DNA of 64,000 nt from the NCBI GenBank assembly GCA_964469175.1, contig CAYXXY010000014.1:3419-67418 (forward strand), written 5' to 3'. Within the stretch, counting starts at the first letter, position 1. Every line of letters begins with the position of its first letter. The notes below the pieces were generated by a model, which was not told the DNA's origin, did no database searches, and saw nothing but the letters and a program-made list of their open reading frames with translations. A program made the translations under genes and the position numbers. The stretch is from an uncultured Flavobacteriaceae bacterium. GTDB lineage: Bacteria; Bacteroidota; Bacteroidia; Flavobacteriales; Flavobacteriaceae. This document shows positions 8,811 to 19,125 of the stretch, one piece after another.

Positions 8811-9350
8811 TTAAGAAAAATTGAAAAAACTGAACTTTGAGCCGCCGTATTTTCTTTCTTCAGAAAACTGTTTTACCAATGATAAATCAGTGTGTTTGGA
8901 ATGTTCTATTACTAAAAACCCGTCGGGTTTTATGAGATTGTTTTCAAAAATTGCAGTGATGATTTTTTCAAACTGCTCGACAGTAAAATCATAAGGAGGA
9001 TCAGCAAAAATTACATCAAAGGGTTGTTTGTTTTTTTCCAGAAATGAAAATACATCAGCTTTTATGGCATGAATTCCAAAGTCGAGTTCGCTGCTGATTT
9101 TCTGTATATACTTCACACAGCCAAAATCTGCATCAACGGCAGTAATCACTGTTGCTCCCCGTGATGCCATTTCAAAGCTGATGTTTCCGGTTCCGGCAAA
9201 TAGGTCAAGAAATTCGGTTTCACTGAAAGCAATGCGATGATTCAGAATGTTAAACAGCGCTTCCTTGGCAAAGTCGGTTGTTGGCCTTACAGGTAGTGTT
9301 TTTGGTGCAATCAGTCTTTTGCCTTTGTATTTTCCGGAGATGATGCGCAT
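8811..9350 (-). CDS. rsmD: 16S rRNA (guanine966-N2)-methyltransferase
   Basis: 179 aa. MRIISGKYKGKRL start, the SAM motif DLFAGTG, and the catalytic DPPY. Confidence 0.9.
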   Translation of the reverse strand: MRIISGKYKGKRLIAPKTLPVRPTTDFAKEALFNILNHRIAFSETEFLDLFAGTGNISFEMASRGATVITAVDADFGCVKYIQKISSELDFGIHAIKADVFSFLEKNKQPFDVIFADPPYDFTVEQFEKIITAIFENNLIKPDGFLVIEHSKHTDLSLVKQFSEERKYGGSKFSFFNFS

Positions 9351-10129
9351 TAGTTTTCGATTCTTAAATGAGGGGTAGCGTTGTTTTCAATAGTGACAAA
9401 TCGAATGTAAGTATAAAGCAATTCAAAGTTGGAGTCTTGTTCATCAATTTGGCCACTCAACTCCAGGTGAAATACTTCAGGATTGAGTTCTAGTTGTTCA
9501 GCAACAAAAAGGATGTAATAAGTTAAATCTTCAGGAGTAGTATAAGAGAAGCTATTACTAAGCAAAATTTTTTTTCCAGAGGTAACAATTACATCTACTT
9601 GATGACCGTGCAAGTGAGCATACATTTTTACCGGGTTTCCGGTTTTTTCCTTTTTTAAAATATTTTCAAGAAAAGTGGTGGTGAAATGATAAAATGAAAA
9701 CTCGCCATATCGCTCAAAAAAGTAATTGTTTACATTGGCAAATGGCACATAAACATTGACAAGTTCGTGATTTTCAAGACTGTCAAAAGCAACAAAGTCT
9801 GTTGTAAAAATACGGCTGTTAATTTTAAGGTAGGATGCAGCTTCTTCCTCTTTGAACAAAGAGTTGGGAACCAAGGTGTATAAAGGGTTTTGATGGATAA
9901 TAACCAAATCAAAGACCGGTTGATTCAGTGTTGGATTTTGTTCAAAAGCAGCCTCAATATCCAGAAGAATTTCGTCCGGGTTTTTGGTTTCCCGGAAGTT
10001 TATGGTTTTACTGAAAAAAACAGCATCTTCTTCTTCCAGCAAAAAAGAAAGCCCGGTCAAGCTAACCTGAACGGACATTCTATATGTTGAGTTTAAATCT
10101 TTTCTTTTATTGCTCTCCGGGACTGTCAT
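9350..10129 (-). CDS. DUF3822 family protein
   Basis: The motif SVQVSLTGLSF lies near the N-terminus. The ATG at 10129 is preferred over the GTG at 10150. The stop overlaps the rsmD start (TAATG). Confidence 0.7.
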   Translation of the reverse strand: MTVPESNKRKDLNSTYRMSVQVSLTGLSFLLEEEDAVFFSKTINFRETKNPDEILLDIEAAFEQNPTLNQPVFDLVIIHQNPLYTLVPNSLFKEEEAASYLKINSRIFTTDFVAFDSLENHELVNVYVPFANVNNYFFERYGEFSFYHFTTTFLENILKKEKTGNPVKMYAHLHGHQVDVIVTSGKKILLSNSFSYTTPEDLTYYILFVAEQLELNPEVFHLELSGQIDEQDSNFELLYTYIRFVTIENNATPHLRIEN

Positions 10130-10778
10130 ATTGTATTGGCCAGTTTCCACCTGTATTTACATCTGTCATTGAACCTACCCTGATGTGGGTTCCGTTTACA
10201 CCGTCAACAGAAACCGTTTGTTTTTCTTGTATAATCAGGTCTCGGCTTAAACCGTGAAGGATTTCATCTTTACTGGCAGTGGCTTCAAATACAGCTATTC
10301 TTCTTTCTCCTCTCATAATGAATCCTGCATCAAGAGAAATGTTTACATATTCACCTTTAACATTGACTCTATCCATTGTTTTGTATCGGTCTGAATTCCT
10401 GAAAAGTGAATCTTTAACCGATTCAAACCTTAATGTATCTACAATTACATCCTCTAGATAATATCCACCTGTTATTGGGTGAAGTCCAAAAGCCCTGTTG
10501 CGCTCCACGTCAGGGAACATAGTGTCCCTTCTTTGAGTGATTGCAAATTGAGCTGTGTCAACAAAACGAATTAGAGAATCAAAACTACTGTTGAATTTTC
10601 CGGTTATCTGAAGGTGTGCCAGCTCTGCAGCTCTGATGTCTTTAAGTACATCAATGACTTTTGCATAGCGAATTTCTTTTTCTTGATTAAATTTTGTGGG
10701 TTCATAAACTGAATTGAAGAGTTTGTAGCCAAGAAAGATGATAACAACCCAAAGAACAATTTGAATTAAAAGTTTCAT
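10107..10778 (-). CDS. hypothetical protein with N-terminal membrane anchor
   Basis: 223 aa with a long clean ORF and an N-terminal TM helix (LLIQIVLWVVIIFLGY). No recognisable catalytic motif. Confidence 0.6.
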   Translation of the reverse strand: MKLLIQIVLWVVIIFLGYKLFNSVYEPTKFNQEKEIRYAKVIDVLKDIRAAELAHLQITGKFNSSFDSLIRFVDTAQFAITQRRDTMFPDVERNRAFGLHPITGGYYLEDVIVDTLRFESVKDSLFRNSDRYKTMDRVNVKGEYVNISLDAGFIMRGERRIAVFEATASKDEILHGLSRDLIIQEKQTVSVDGVNGTHIRVGSMTDVNTGGNWPIQYDSPGEQ

Positions 10779-10936
10779 TATAGAAATCGTTTTTTATTTG
10801 ACGTATTAATGGTATATGGCAAATCTACAATTTTTTTTCAATCACAAAAGTATAATCTATAAAAATCATTTTCTGTTGTGGGAATTGTTAATCAAAGCGT
10901 AACTTAGCCTTAAAGTTTTCAACCCATAAAAACTGA

Positions 10937-12358
10937 ATGAACCCGAGCCTTTTTTATAAAGAATTAAGCAAAGATTTTCCACATACACCCACAGGAATAC
11001 AGGATGTTGTCCTTCAAAAGCTGTCAGGTTTTGTGTTGAGTAAGAGTCCTGATGAAATATTTTTATTAAAGGGTTATGCAGGAACCGGAAAAACGACCAT
11101 TATCAGCACTTTGGTCAGAAAGCTCAGCCTGATCAATTCAAAAGCGGTGTTGCTTGCCCCAACGGGGAGGGCGGCCAAGGTTATCAGTAACTATTCTGAT
11201 AAAGAAGCTTTTACCATTCACAAAAAAATATACTACCCCAAAGCCCAAAAGGGAGGTGGGGTTTCTTTTACGCTTCAGCAAAACAAGCACCGCAATACCA
11301 TTTTTATAGTCGATGAAGCGTCAATGATTTCAGATACTGCTTCAGATTCAAAACTTTTTGAAAACGGTTCGCTGCTGGATGATTTGATGCAATATGTCTA
11401 TTCAGGCTTTAACTGTAAATTGATTCTTATAGGCGATACAGCCCAATTGCCTCCGGTGAATATGGATTTAAGCCCTGCACTTGACGAAAAATTATTGAGC
11501 AATCAATACAACAAACAAGTTACTGCCATTGAACTTGATGAAGTGGTGCGCCAGAAATTTGACAGTGGCATTCTTCACAATGCAACTTTGTTAAGGGAAG
11601 CTTTGGAAAGCGGTTTTTATGAAGATTTTAAGTTTCAAATAAACGATTTCAAAGACATCATCAAGCCCGAAGACGGCCACACACTGCTTGATGCCATAAA
11701 CGATGCTTATGCTTCAAAAAGCAAGGAAGATGCGGTGATTATTTTGCGTTCAAACAAAAGGGCCAATTTGTATAATGAAAACATCAGGGAGCGAATTCTT
11801 TTTCAGGAAAACGAATTGTCAACAGGTGATTATTTGATGGTTGTAAAAAACAATTATTTTTGGATAGCTCCAACCAGCGAGGCTGGTTTTATTGCGAATG
11901 GTGATATTATTGAAGTGCTAGAAATTTTCAGTTTTAAGGAAATCTACGGCTTTAAGTTTGCCGAAGTTTCAGTGAGGATGGTTGACTACCCAAAGATGAA
12001 ACCATTTGAAACCGTTTTACTTTTGGACACACTCACCTCAGAAACACCTTCACTTCCTTATGAGGAATCCAACAGGTTGTATCAGGAAGTGATGAAGGAT
12101 TATGACGATGTGAAGTCTAAATACAAAAAATTTATAAGCGTAAAAAACAACAAATACTTCAATGCGCTTCAAGTGAAATTTTCATATGCCATAACCTGTC
12201 ACAAGTCGCAGGGAGGGCAGTGGAATACCGTTTTTGTAGAACAACCCTATTTGCCTAATGGCGTGGACCGAGACTACCTGAGATGGCTTTATACAGCAGT
12301 AACAAGGGCACAGGAAAAACTCTATTTAATTGGTTTTAAAGAGGATTTTTTTGAATAA
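10937..12358 (+). CDS. RecD-like SF1 DNA helicase
   Basis: 473 aa. Walker A GYAGTGKTT, Walker B FIVDEASMI, and C-terminal motif VI-like ITCHKSQGGQW. Confidence 0.85.
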   Translation: MNPSLFYKELSKDFPHTPTGIQDVVLQKLSGFVLSKSPDEIFLLKGYAGTGKTTIISTLVRKLSLINSKAVLLAPTGRAAKVISNYSDKEAFTIHKKIYYPKAQKGGGVSFTLQQNKHRNTIFIVDEASMISDTASDSKLFENGSLLDDLMQYVYSGFNCKLILIGDTAQLPPVNMDLSPALDEKLLSNQYNKQVTAIELDEVVRQKFDSGILHNATLLREALESGFYEDFKFQINDFKDIIKPEDGHTLLDAINDAYASKSKEDAVIILRSNKRANLYNENIRERILFQENELSTGDYLMVVKNNYFWIAPTSEAGFIANGDIIEVLEIFSFKEIYGFKFAEVSVRMVDYPKMKPFETVLLLDTLTSETPSLPYEESNRLYQEVMKDYDDVKSKYKKFISVKNNKYFNALQVKFSYAITCHKSQGGQWNTVFVEQPYLPNGVDRDYLRWLYTAVTRAQEKLYLIGFKEDFFE

Positions 12359-12360
12359 GA

Positions 12361-13722
12361 TCAATCGTCTTCTTTCAAGATTTCTTCGTCAATTTTTAAG
12401 TTATTGTTTCCGGCGAGTTTCAGGAAGAAATAACCAAAAACACCTGCAATTAACGAAGCGGAAAGAATACCAATTTTTGCCTGGGTTTCATAAACCGCAC
12501 TTTCATAAGCCAAGTCTGTGATAAACAGTGACATTGTAAACCCAATAGCTGCCAGAAATCCGAGACCGAAGACGTGTTTCCAGGTGACGCCTTCCGGTAA
12601 CACACACAGTTTAAAGAAGACCATTAATCTTGTAAAAAGGAAAATACCAAATATCTTTCCAATGATTAATCCAAATATAACCCCCAGGGTTACCGGGCTG
12701 TAAAAATAGCTGAAGGCTTCTGCATCAATAGTTACGCCTGCATTTGCAAAAGCAAATACCGGAAGTACCACAAAACTCACAAATGGATGCAAGGCGTGCT
12801 CAAGTCTTTGAAGGGGAGGAGTGGCATCTTCGGTAAGCTTTGAGAATTTTTCGATGGTATCAGAAATTTTTTGGTCTTCTTCATCATTATCTTCTTTAGA
12901 CTTTTTCTTGATGGTTTTAATTTGTTCTGAGAGTATCCTTACTTTCCTTAAAAACAGCGAGGTGTTTATTTTTTTACTTGTAGGTATAGTGAAAGCTGCC
13001 AAAACAGCAGCAATAGTAGCGTGAACACCGGAAAGTAAAACAGCAAGCCATAACCCTCCAATTCCCATTACGGCATAAAATAAAGTGTTTCTCACACCGA
13101 TTTGATTTGCCGTAAACAATGCCAATAAAAAGAAACCGCCCAGTGCCAGACTATTCATAGAAATTTCTGATGTATAGAAAAAGGCAATCACCACTACGGC
13201 GCCTAAATCGTCAACAATGGCAACCGCTGTTAAAAAGACTTTGAGTGTTAATGGGACTTTATCCCCCAATAAATACAAAATTCCCAAGGCAAAAGCAATA
13301 TCAGTAGCCATAGGGATACCCCAACCGGAAACAGCATCTGTTCCCTGAGTGAAAAAGTAAAAAACCAAAGCCGGAAACAACATTCCACCTATGGCAGCGC
13401 CAACCGGCAATAAAGCGCCCCTGAAACTAGCCAACTCGCCGTGCATTAGTTCCCGTTTGAGTTCCAGTCCCACCAAAAAGAAAAACATCGACATTAAACC
13501 ATCGTTGATCCAATGCAGCAGGTTTTTCCTTATGACAAAATCATCAAAACCAATGTAGATATACCTGCCCCAAAAACTATGGTAACTGTCAGCAAAAGGG
13601 GAGTTGGCAATTATCATTGCAAATACTGCCGAAAAAATTAGTAGTAAACCTACAGATGTTTTTTTCTCAATAAAATTTTTAACCGGAAGCAGCAGATAAA
13701 TATCTAAAGTAGACTTTTTCAT
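12361..13722 (-). CDS. nhaA: Na+/H+ antiporter NhaA
   Basis: 453 aa and polytopic. NhaA signatures GIPMATDIAFALG and AIVDDLGAV. Confidence 0.9.
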   Translation of the reverse strand: MKKSTLDIYLLLPVKNFIEKKTSVGLLLIFSAVFAMIIANSPFADSYHSFWGRYIYIGFDDFVIRKNLLHWINDGLMSMFFFLVGLELKRELMHGELASFRGALLPVGAAIGGMLFPALVFYFFTQGTDAVSGWGIPMATDIAFALGILYLLGDKVPLTLKVFLTAVAIVDDLGAVVVIAFFYTSEISMNSLALGGFFLLALFTANQIGVRNTLFYAVMGIGGLWLAVLLSGVHATIAAVLAAFTIPTSKKINTSLFLRKVRILSEQIKTIKKKSKEDNDEEDQKISDTIEKFSKLTEDATPPLQRLEHALHPFVSFVVLPVFAFANAGVTIDAEAFSYFYSPVTLGVIFGLIIGKIFGIFLFTRLMVFFKLCVLPEGVTWKHVFGLGFLAAIGFTMSLFITDLAYESAVYETQAKIGILSASLIAGVFGYFFLKLAGNNNLKIDEEILKEDD

Positions 13723-13824
13723 GAAAGTAGGTGTTCAGTTGATGTCGTCAAATCATCAAAACATAGAGCGCAAATTTAATTCAGATTGCAGTAAAATTGT
13801 ATGACTAATGTCAACTTTATTAGT

Positions 13825-15696
13825 TTAAGATTCAGACTTCAAAGATAATTCAAACCAGCGTTCAGTTTTCTCATTAATTTCTTCAATAATTTTTTGAAGC
13901 TCAATGGATTTCTCATTAATTTCTTCAGTAGACCAGGATTGATTTGAAAAGCCTGCTTCAATTTCATCCCTTTTTTGCTCCAATTTTTTTATATCAGCTT
14001 CAAGATTTGTAAATTCTTTTTGCTCTTTGTAAGTTAGTTTTGCCTTATCGGGTTCTTTTTTCCAGGTTTTTTGAGAAGGAGAATTTTCAGGGGTTTCGGG
14101 TTTTTCTTCTTTTTCGGTCAATGATTCCATTTCCCTGAAGTCACTGTAATTTCCCGGGAAATCATCAACCACTGCATTTCCTCTAAAAACAAACAAGTGA
14201 TCCACAATTTTATCCATAAAGTACCTGTCGTGTGAAACCACCAACAAGCAACCCGGAAAATCGAGCAGGAAAGATTCAAGTACGTTTAAGGTAACAATAT
14301 CAAGGTCATTTGTGGGCTCATCCAGAATTAGAAAATTGGGGTTTTGGATCAAAACTGTACAGAGGTAAAGTCTTTTGCGCTCACCACCGCTTAATTTTTC
14401 TACAAAGTCGTACTGTTTTTTGCGGTCAAAGAGAAACCTTTCCAAAAGTTGCTGTGCAGAGATTTGCCGCCCCTTTTTCAAAGGAATAAAATCACCAAAC
14501 TCCCTGATTACATCAATGACCTTTTGTCCCGGTTTGATGTCAATACCATCTTGTGTATAATAACCAAATTTGATGGTTTCCCCCACGGTCACTTTGCCCT
14601 GATCAGGCTTTAAGGTTCCCGTGAGTATATTTAAAAAAGTAGATTTTCCGGTGCCATTTTTCCCTATGATCCCGATGCGTTCACCTTTGATAAAGTTGTA
14701 GTTGAACTTGTTTAAAATTTGAAGTTGGTCATAAGATTTTGAGACGTTGTGAAGTTCAACAATTTTACTGCCCAGACGTTCCATATTGATTTCGAGTTCA
14801 ATCTGGTGGTCGTTCCTACGTTTTTTTGCCCGTTCTTTAATTTCGTGAAAACCCTGAATGCGCGATTTGCTTTTGGTGGTCCTGGCCTTGGGTTGGCGGC
14901 GCATCCAGTCGAGTTCTTTTTTAAAGAGTTGTTTTGCTTTTTCGGTTTCAGAAATTTCTGCTGTGATGCGTGCTTCTTTCTTTTCGAGGTAATAAGAATA
15001 ATTGCCTTTGTAACTGTAGAGTTTACCGTCTTCAAGTTCGACAATTTCGTTACAGACCCTCTCAAGAAAGTAACGGTCGTGAGTCACCATAAACAGGGTA
15101 ATGTTTTCTTTGGCGAAAAATGATTCTAACCATTCAATCATCTCCAGATCAAGGTGGTTTGTGGGTTCATCAAGAATGAGTAAATCAGGCTTGCTTAAAA
15201 GGGCGTTTGCAAGCGACAATCTTTTTTTCTGTCCGCCACTCAGGTCTGAAACTTTTTTGGAAAGGTCGTTTAGCTTAAGTTTGGATAAAATCTGGCTATA
15301 TAATGTTTCAAAATCCCAAGCCTGATGTGCTTCCATCGCTTCAAAAGCCGTCTGGTATGCTTCGGCATCTTCAGGTTTTTTTAGCGCTTTTTCATAGCGC
15401 TCTATGACTTTTAATATTTCGTTGTCTGAATCAAAAACGGCTTGTTCAACGGTAAGGTTTTCATTCAGAACCGGTTCTTGCGGCAGATATGTAACTACAA
15501 TATTTTTTCTAAAAACCACCAGACCATTGTCTGGAGCGTCAAGTCCGGCGAGGATGTTGAGCAGGGTGGTTTTACCTGTTCCGTTTTTGGCTAGAAATCC
15601 AATTTTTTGACCTTGATTAATTCCAAATGACAAATTTTCAAATAGTTGAAGTTCGCCAAATGACTTAGATATATTTTCGACAGAGAGGTAATTCAC
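13825..15696 (-). CDS. ABC-F family ATPase (two fused ABC cassettes, no TMD)
   Basis: Two Walker A motifs (GKNGTGKTT, GKNGTGKST), two LSGG signatures, and a C-terminal coiled coil. There is no ATG at the 5' end. The GTG at 15696 gives MNYLSVENISKSF. The alternative start is the TTG at 15726. Confidence 0.9.
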   Translation of the reverse strand: MNYLSVENISKSFGELQLFENLSFGINQGQKIGFLAKNGTGKTTLLNILAGLDAPDNGLVVFRKNIVVTYLPQEPVLNENLTVEQAVFDSDNEILKVIERYEKALKKPEDAEAYQTAFEAMEAHQAWDFETLYSQILSKLKLNDLSKKVSDLSGGQKKRLSLANALLSKPDLLILDEPTNHLDLEMIEWLESFFAKENITLFMVTHDRYFLERVCNEIVELEDGKLYSYKGNYSYYLEKKEARITAEISETEKAKQLFKKELDWMRRQPKARTTKSKSRIQGFHEIKERAKKRRNDHQIELEINMERLGSKIVELHNVSKSYDQLQILNKFNYNFIKGERIGIIGKNGTGKSTFLNILTGTLKPDQGKVTVGETIKFGYYTQDGIDIKPGQKVIDVIREFGDFIPLKKGRQISAQQLLERFLFDRKKQYDFVEKLSGGERKRLYLCTVLIQNPNFLILDEPTNDLDIVTLNVLESFLLDFPGCLLVVSHDRYFMDKIVDHLFVFRGNAVVDDFPGNYSDFREMESLTEKEEKPETPENSPSQKTWKKEPDKAKLTYKEQKEFTNLEADIKKLEQKRDEIEAGFSNQSWSTEEINEKSIELQKIIEEINEKTERWFELSLKSES

Positions 15697-15844
15697 TTGA
15701 TAATAATTTTTTGCAAATGAAGCCAAAATAAAACTAAAAGCACTAAAAAAAATATTAATTTCAATTGTTTATTTAGTTTAATATCTCTTGCAGGTAAAGA
15801 ATTTATTATAAACTTTAAAAATTTTATAATTGAACTTGTTAACC

Positions 15845-15852
15845 TATATTTG
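15845..15852 (+). promoter_or_regulatory. candidate Bacteroidota -7 box (TATATTTG) upstream of wza
   Basis: Matches TAnnTTTG, 23 nt upstream of the ATG at 15875. There is no clean -33 TTTG at the expected spacing. Confidence 0.3.
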
Positions 15853-15874
15853 TTTTTTACTTGACAGCATAACT

Positions 15875-16669
15875 ATGAGTAAATATACCACTATATTTTT
15901 CCTTCTTGTCTCACTATTTTTGACTTCTTGTATTCCAACAAAAAGTCTGACATATTTGCAACAGGAAGAAAGCCAAATAAGTTCAGATTTTGCAATTACC
16001 AAAAAGCCGGATCCATACCGCATCCAGATTAACGATTTATTGAGTATTAGAATCAAATCGCTTGACCAAAGCCAGGTGGGTATGTTTAATCCTGTGGGCG
16101 ATCAAAACCCTAATGCTACCGGTGAGGAACGTTTGTACTATGATGGTTTTCGTGTAAACGAGCATGGAAACATTAGAATGCCCACACTGGGTGAGCTTAA
16201 TGTTTTGGGCTATACTGAAGATGAAATCAGGGAGATGCTTGAGAAAAAATTACTAGAAGAATATTTTACTGAAGAGGCCAATATTTTTGTAACTGTAAAA
16301 CTTGCCGGTATCAGATATACAATTATGGGCGAAATAAGTAACCCAGGTTCAAGAATTATTTACAGGGACGAACTCAGTATAATGGAGGCTATTGCAAATT
16401 CCGGAGATATAACACTTACAGGCGACAGGAAAAACGTTGTGATAGTGAGACAATATCCATATGGACAACGTGTACATCATATTGATTTAACCACTATTGA
16501 GGCTGTAAATTCGCCTTATTATTACATTAACCCCAATGATTTGATTTTAATAAATCCATTGCCTCAAAAATCGATTGGAACAGGAACAACAGCTATTCAA
16601 TCCATTACAACATTAGCATCGATTTTGAGTTTAATTACTACAACTATTATTTTAATTAACAGGTTATAA
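15875..16669 (+). CDS. wza: polysaccharide export outer-membrane protein (Wza-like, Poly_export + SLBB)
   Basis: The ATG at 15875 gives a lipoprotein-type signal (LFLTSC). PYRIQINDLLSI and the SLBB-like GEISNPG match the family. Confidence 0.85.
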   Translation: MSKYTTIFFLLVSLFLTSCIPTKSLTYLQQEESQISSDFAITKKPDPYRIQINDLLSIRIKSLDQSQVGMFNPVGDQNPNATGEERLYYDGFRVNEHGNIRMPTLGELNVLGYTEDEIREMLEKKLLEEYFTEEANIFVTVKLAGIRYTIMGEISNPGSRIIYRDELSIMEAIANSGDITLTGDRKNVVIVRQYPYGQRVHHIDLTTIEAVNSPYYYINPNDLILINPLPQKSIGTGTTAIQSITTLASILSLITTTIILINRL

Positions 16670-16672
16670 TTG

Positions 16673-19102
16673 ATGAGTGAAGAATTTGAAATAGACCAGC
16701 TTCAAACCAATTTTGATTTTAGAGGGTTTTTGGTAAAGCTTTTGTCTTACTGGCCTTTGTTTTTGGTTTCACTATTAATTGGTTTTAGCATTGCCTACTA
16801 TGTTAATGTTAGAAAGTTGCCTGTTTATCAAATGTCAAGTTTGATATCAATTAAAGATGATCAAAACCCATTTTTTACTACTACAACCAGTTTAACGTTT
16901 AATTGGGGTGGAACCACAGATAAGGTTAACACCGCAATGATTACTTTGAGAACGCGTTCGCACAATGAGAAAGTTGTTGATCGACTTCAATTTTACCTGC
17001 AATATTTAAAACAAGGAAAATATCAGCTTGAGAATGCTTATGCTCAAACTCCTTTTGTCGTTGAAGTTGATACTTCAAAGCCACAGGTTTTAAATACTTT
17101 AATTACCATTAAGGTAAAAGATACTGCCAGATATAATCTAAGTGTTTCTTTTGAAGAAGGAAGTTATCCTGTACAATTTTATGGTTCTAAAGAAAGGAGC
17201 AGGATAGATATGCCTACTGAAAACTTTGAACGGGACTTTAAGTTTGGACAAAAGGTAGTGTTACCGTTCTTCAATGGTACAATTAATCGTTCAGATCAGG
17301 GTTTACAAGTTGGAGAACCCTATTTTATTCGTTTTCAGAACTTTGATGGGGTTGTGGGAAGATATAGTAATATTTCCATTCGGCCGGAGTCTCAAGGTTC
17401 ATCAGTATTGAATTTAAGATTAACAGGACACAATAAAGCCGAATTGGTAGATTATTTAAATGCAACAGTTCAGGTTTTGGGTGAAGAAGTGCTTGAACGA
17501 AAAAACCTTTTTGCTACTAAAACCATTCAGTTTATAGATAGCACTCTTGCAATTAAATCTGGTGAAATTTCTGAAGTTCAGGATGAGTTGGATGCTTTTA
17601 GAAGTAAATCATCTGTTTTTGATTTAAGTTCTGAAGGGCAAGAGCTAAGCAGTAGACTTAGAATGCTTGATTTACAAAAAAATGCAATTGAACAACAAAT
17701 CAACTACTACAACACATTAGAGGACTACTTATTAAATCGCACAGACTATTCTGATGTCCCGGCGCCATCTGTTGCCGGTATAAGTGAGGCAAGCATAGTA
17801 GCCGGTGTAAGCAGGATTGTAACTTTGGCTGAAGAAAGGAATAGACTTCAATATTCTTTCAGAGAAGGTGCACCGGTGTTTGCTGATATTGACAGGCAAA
17901 TAAATGCTGTAAAAGCTGTATTGCTTGAAAACATAACATCAACTAAATCTATTAAAAACAGGGAAATAAACGAAATAAACAGGGAGGTTTCGCAGGCTGA
18001 AATTGGTATTAGAAAACTACCCAAAGAACAACAACAGCTTTTAGGTATTCAACGTCGGTTTGACTTAAGTAATCAGGCCTATAACCTCTTTTTGTCCAAG
18101 CGGAGTGAAGCTGGTCTTGTAAGGGCAGCAAATGTAAGCGATGTGATTGTCATTGATCCGGCGAAAGATGTTGGTGGAGGGCAAGTTGGCCCAAACAATC
18201 AGTTGAATTATGTGATGGCCGGTGTTTTTGGATTCTTTCTTCCATTTGTTGTGGTTTTTGTAGTAGTTTTTTTTGATAACAAAATTCATACTACCCAAGA
18301 AATTAACAGGCTTTCTCCAATACCAATTTTAGGGGTTGTTGGCAAGAGTCACAAAAATGAAAACCTTGTTGTTATTGATAAGCCAAAATCTGCTATTTCA
18401 GAATCATTTAGATCAATTAGGTCAAGCCTTCAATTCATGTATAAAAAGCGTGGCATAGAAGGCACTAAGACTGTATTGATAACCTCTTCTGTTTCAGGTG
18501 AGGGAAAAACATTTTGCTCTATTAATATTGCATCTGTTTTTGCCTTGAGTGAGAAAAAAACTATTTTGTTAGGCTTAGATTTACGTAAACCAAAAATATT
18601 TGATGATTTTCATATTAAAAATGATAAAGGAATTGTCAATTATTTAATTAATGATTCAAGTCTCGAGCAAATCATTCAAAAGACTAAATTAGATTACTTG
18701 GATATTATCACCTCGGGGCCTATTCCTCCAAATCCTTCAGAATTAATTATTGGTGAGAAAATGGATGAATTAATTGAGGAGCTATCAAAATCATATGATT
18801 ATATCGTTATAGATTCACCTCCCTTAGCCTTAGTTTCTGATGCTTTAGAATTGGTGAGGTATGCAGATGCCACAATTTATGTGGTAAGACAAGATTATAC
18901 AAAGAAAGGGATGCTTTCAGTGATTAACGATAAGTATAAAAAAGGAGAGGTTAAACACATAAGTTTTGTTTTAAATTACTATCAGCAAAAGGCTAAATAT
19001 GGCTACGGCTATGGTTACGGCTATGGATATGGTTATAACTATGGTTACTATACATCTGACAAAAAAGACAGTTTATTAAAACGTATTCTTAAACGCAAGT
19101 AG
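16673..19102 (+). CDS. wzc: polysaccharide co-polymerase / BY-tyrosine kinase (Wzc-like)
   Basis: About 809 aa. Two TM helices flank a coiled-coil periplasmic domain. Walker A SGEGKTF, A' LGLDLRKP, B VIDSPP, and a C-terminal Tyr cluster YGYGYGYGYGYGYNYGYY. Confidence 0.9.
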   Translation: MSEEFEIDQLQTNFDFRGFLVKLLSYWPLFLVSLLIGFSIAYYVNVRKLPVYQMSSLISIKDDQNPFFTTTTSLTFNWGGTTDKVNTAMITLRTRSHNEKVVDRLQFYLQYLKQGKYQLENAYAQTPFVVEVDTSKPQVLNTLITIKVKDTARYNLSVSFEEGSYPVQFYGSKERSRIDMPTENFERDFKFGQKVVLPFFNGTINRSDQGLQVGEPYFIRFQNFDGVVGRYSNISIRPESQGSSVLNLRLTGHNKAELVDYLNATVQVLGEEVLERKNLFATKTIQFIDSTLAIKSGEISEVQDELDAFRSKSSVFDLSSEGQELSSRLRMLDLQKNAIEQQINYYNTLEDYLLNRTDYSDVPAPSVAGISEASIVAGVSRIVTLAEERNRLQYSFREGAPVFADIDRQINAVKAVLLENITSTKSIKNREINEINREVSQAEIGIRKLPKEQQQLLGIQRRFDLSNQAYNLFLSKRSEAGLVRAANVSDVIVIDPAKDVGGGQVGPNNQLNYVMAGVFGFFLPFVVVFVVVFFDNKIHTTQEINRLSPIPILGVVGKSHKNENLVVIDKPKSAISESFRSIRSSLQFMYKKRGIEGTKTVLITSSVSGEGKTFCSINIASVFALSEKKTILLGLDLRKPKIFDDFHIKNDKGIVNYLINDSSLEQIIQKTKLDYLDIITSGPIPPNPSELIIGEKMDELIEELSKSYDYIVIDSPPLALVSDALELVRYADATIYVVRQDYTKKGMLSVINDKYKKGEVKHISFVLNYYQQKAKYGYGYGYGYGYGYNYGYYTSDKKDSLLKRILKRK

Positions 19103-19125
19103 AATTTTGATTTTACCTCCATTTG

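Noticed and set aside
12330-12703. 63-aa and 61-aa plus-strand ORFs after the helicase gene.
   Set aside because: They are antisense to the 3' end of nhaA, which is a convincing 453-aa polytopic CDS.
13746-13768. GTTGATG-N9-CATCAAC hairpin between the ABC-F gene and nhaA.
   Set aside because: It has a 7-bp stem without a flanking U-tract on the transcribed strand, so it is not a convincing intrinsic terminator.
14712-15123. 117-aa (-) and 124-aa (+) ORFs nested in the ABC-F gene.
   Set aside because: They are out-of-frame or antisense to a strongly supported 620+-aa ABC-F CDS. Their composition is low-complexity and they have no motifs.
18998-19051. Short-period DNA repeat that could be mistaken for a repeat array.
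   Set aside because: It is in frame and encodes the Wzc tyrosine cluster. It has no spacers and no CRISPR-like architecture. I saw no CRISPR array anywhere in the window.
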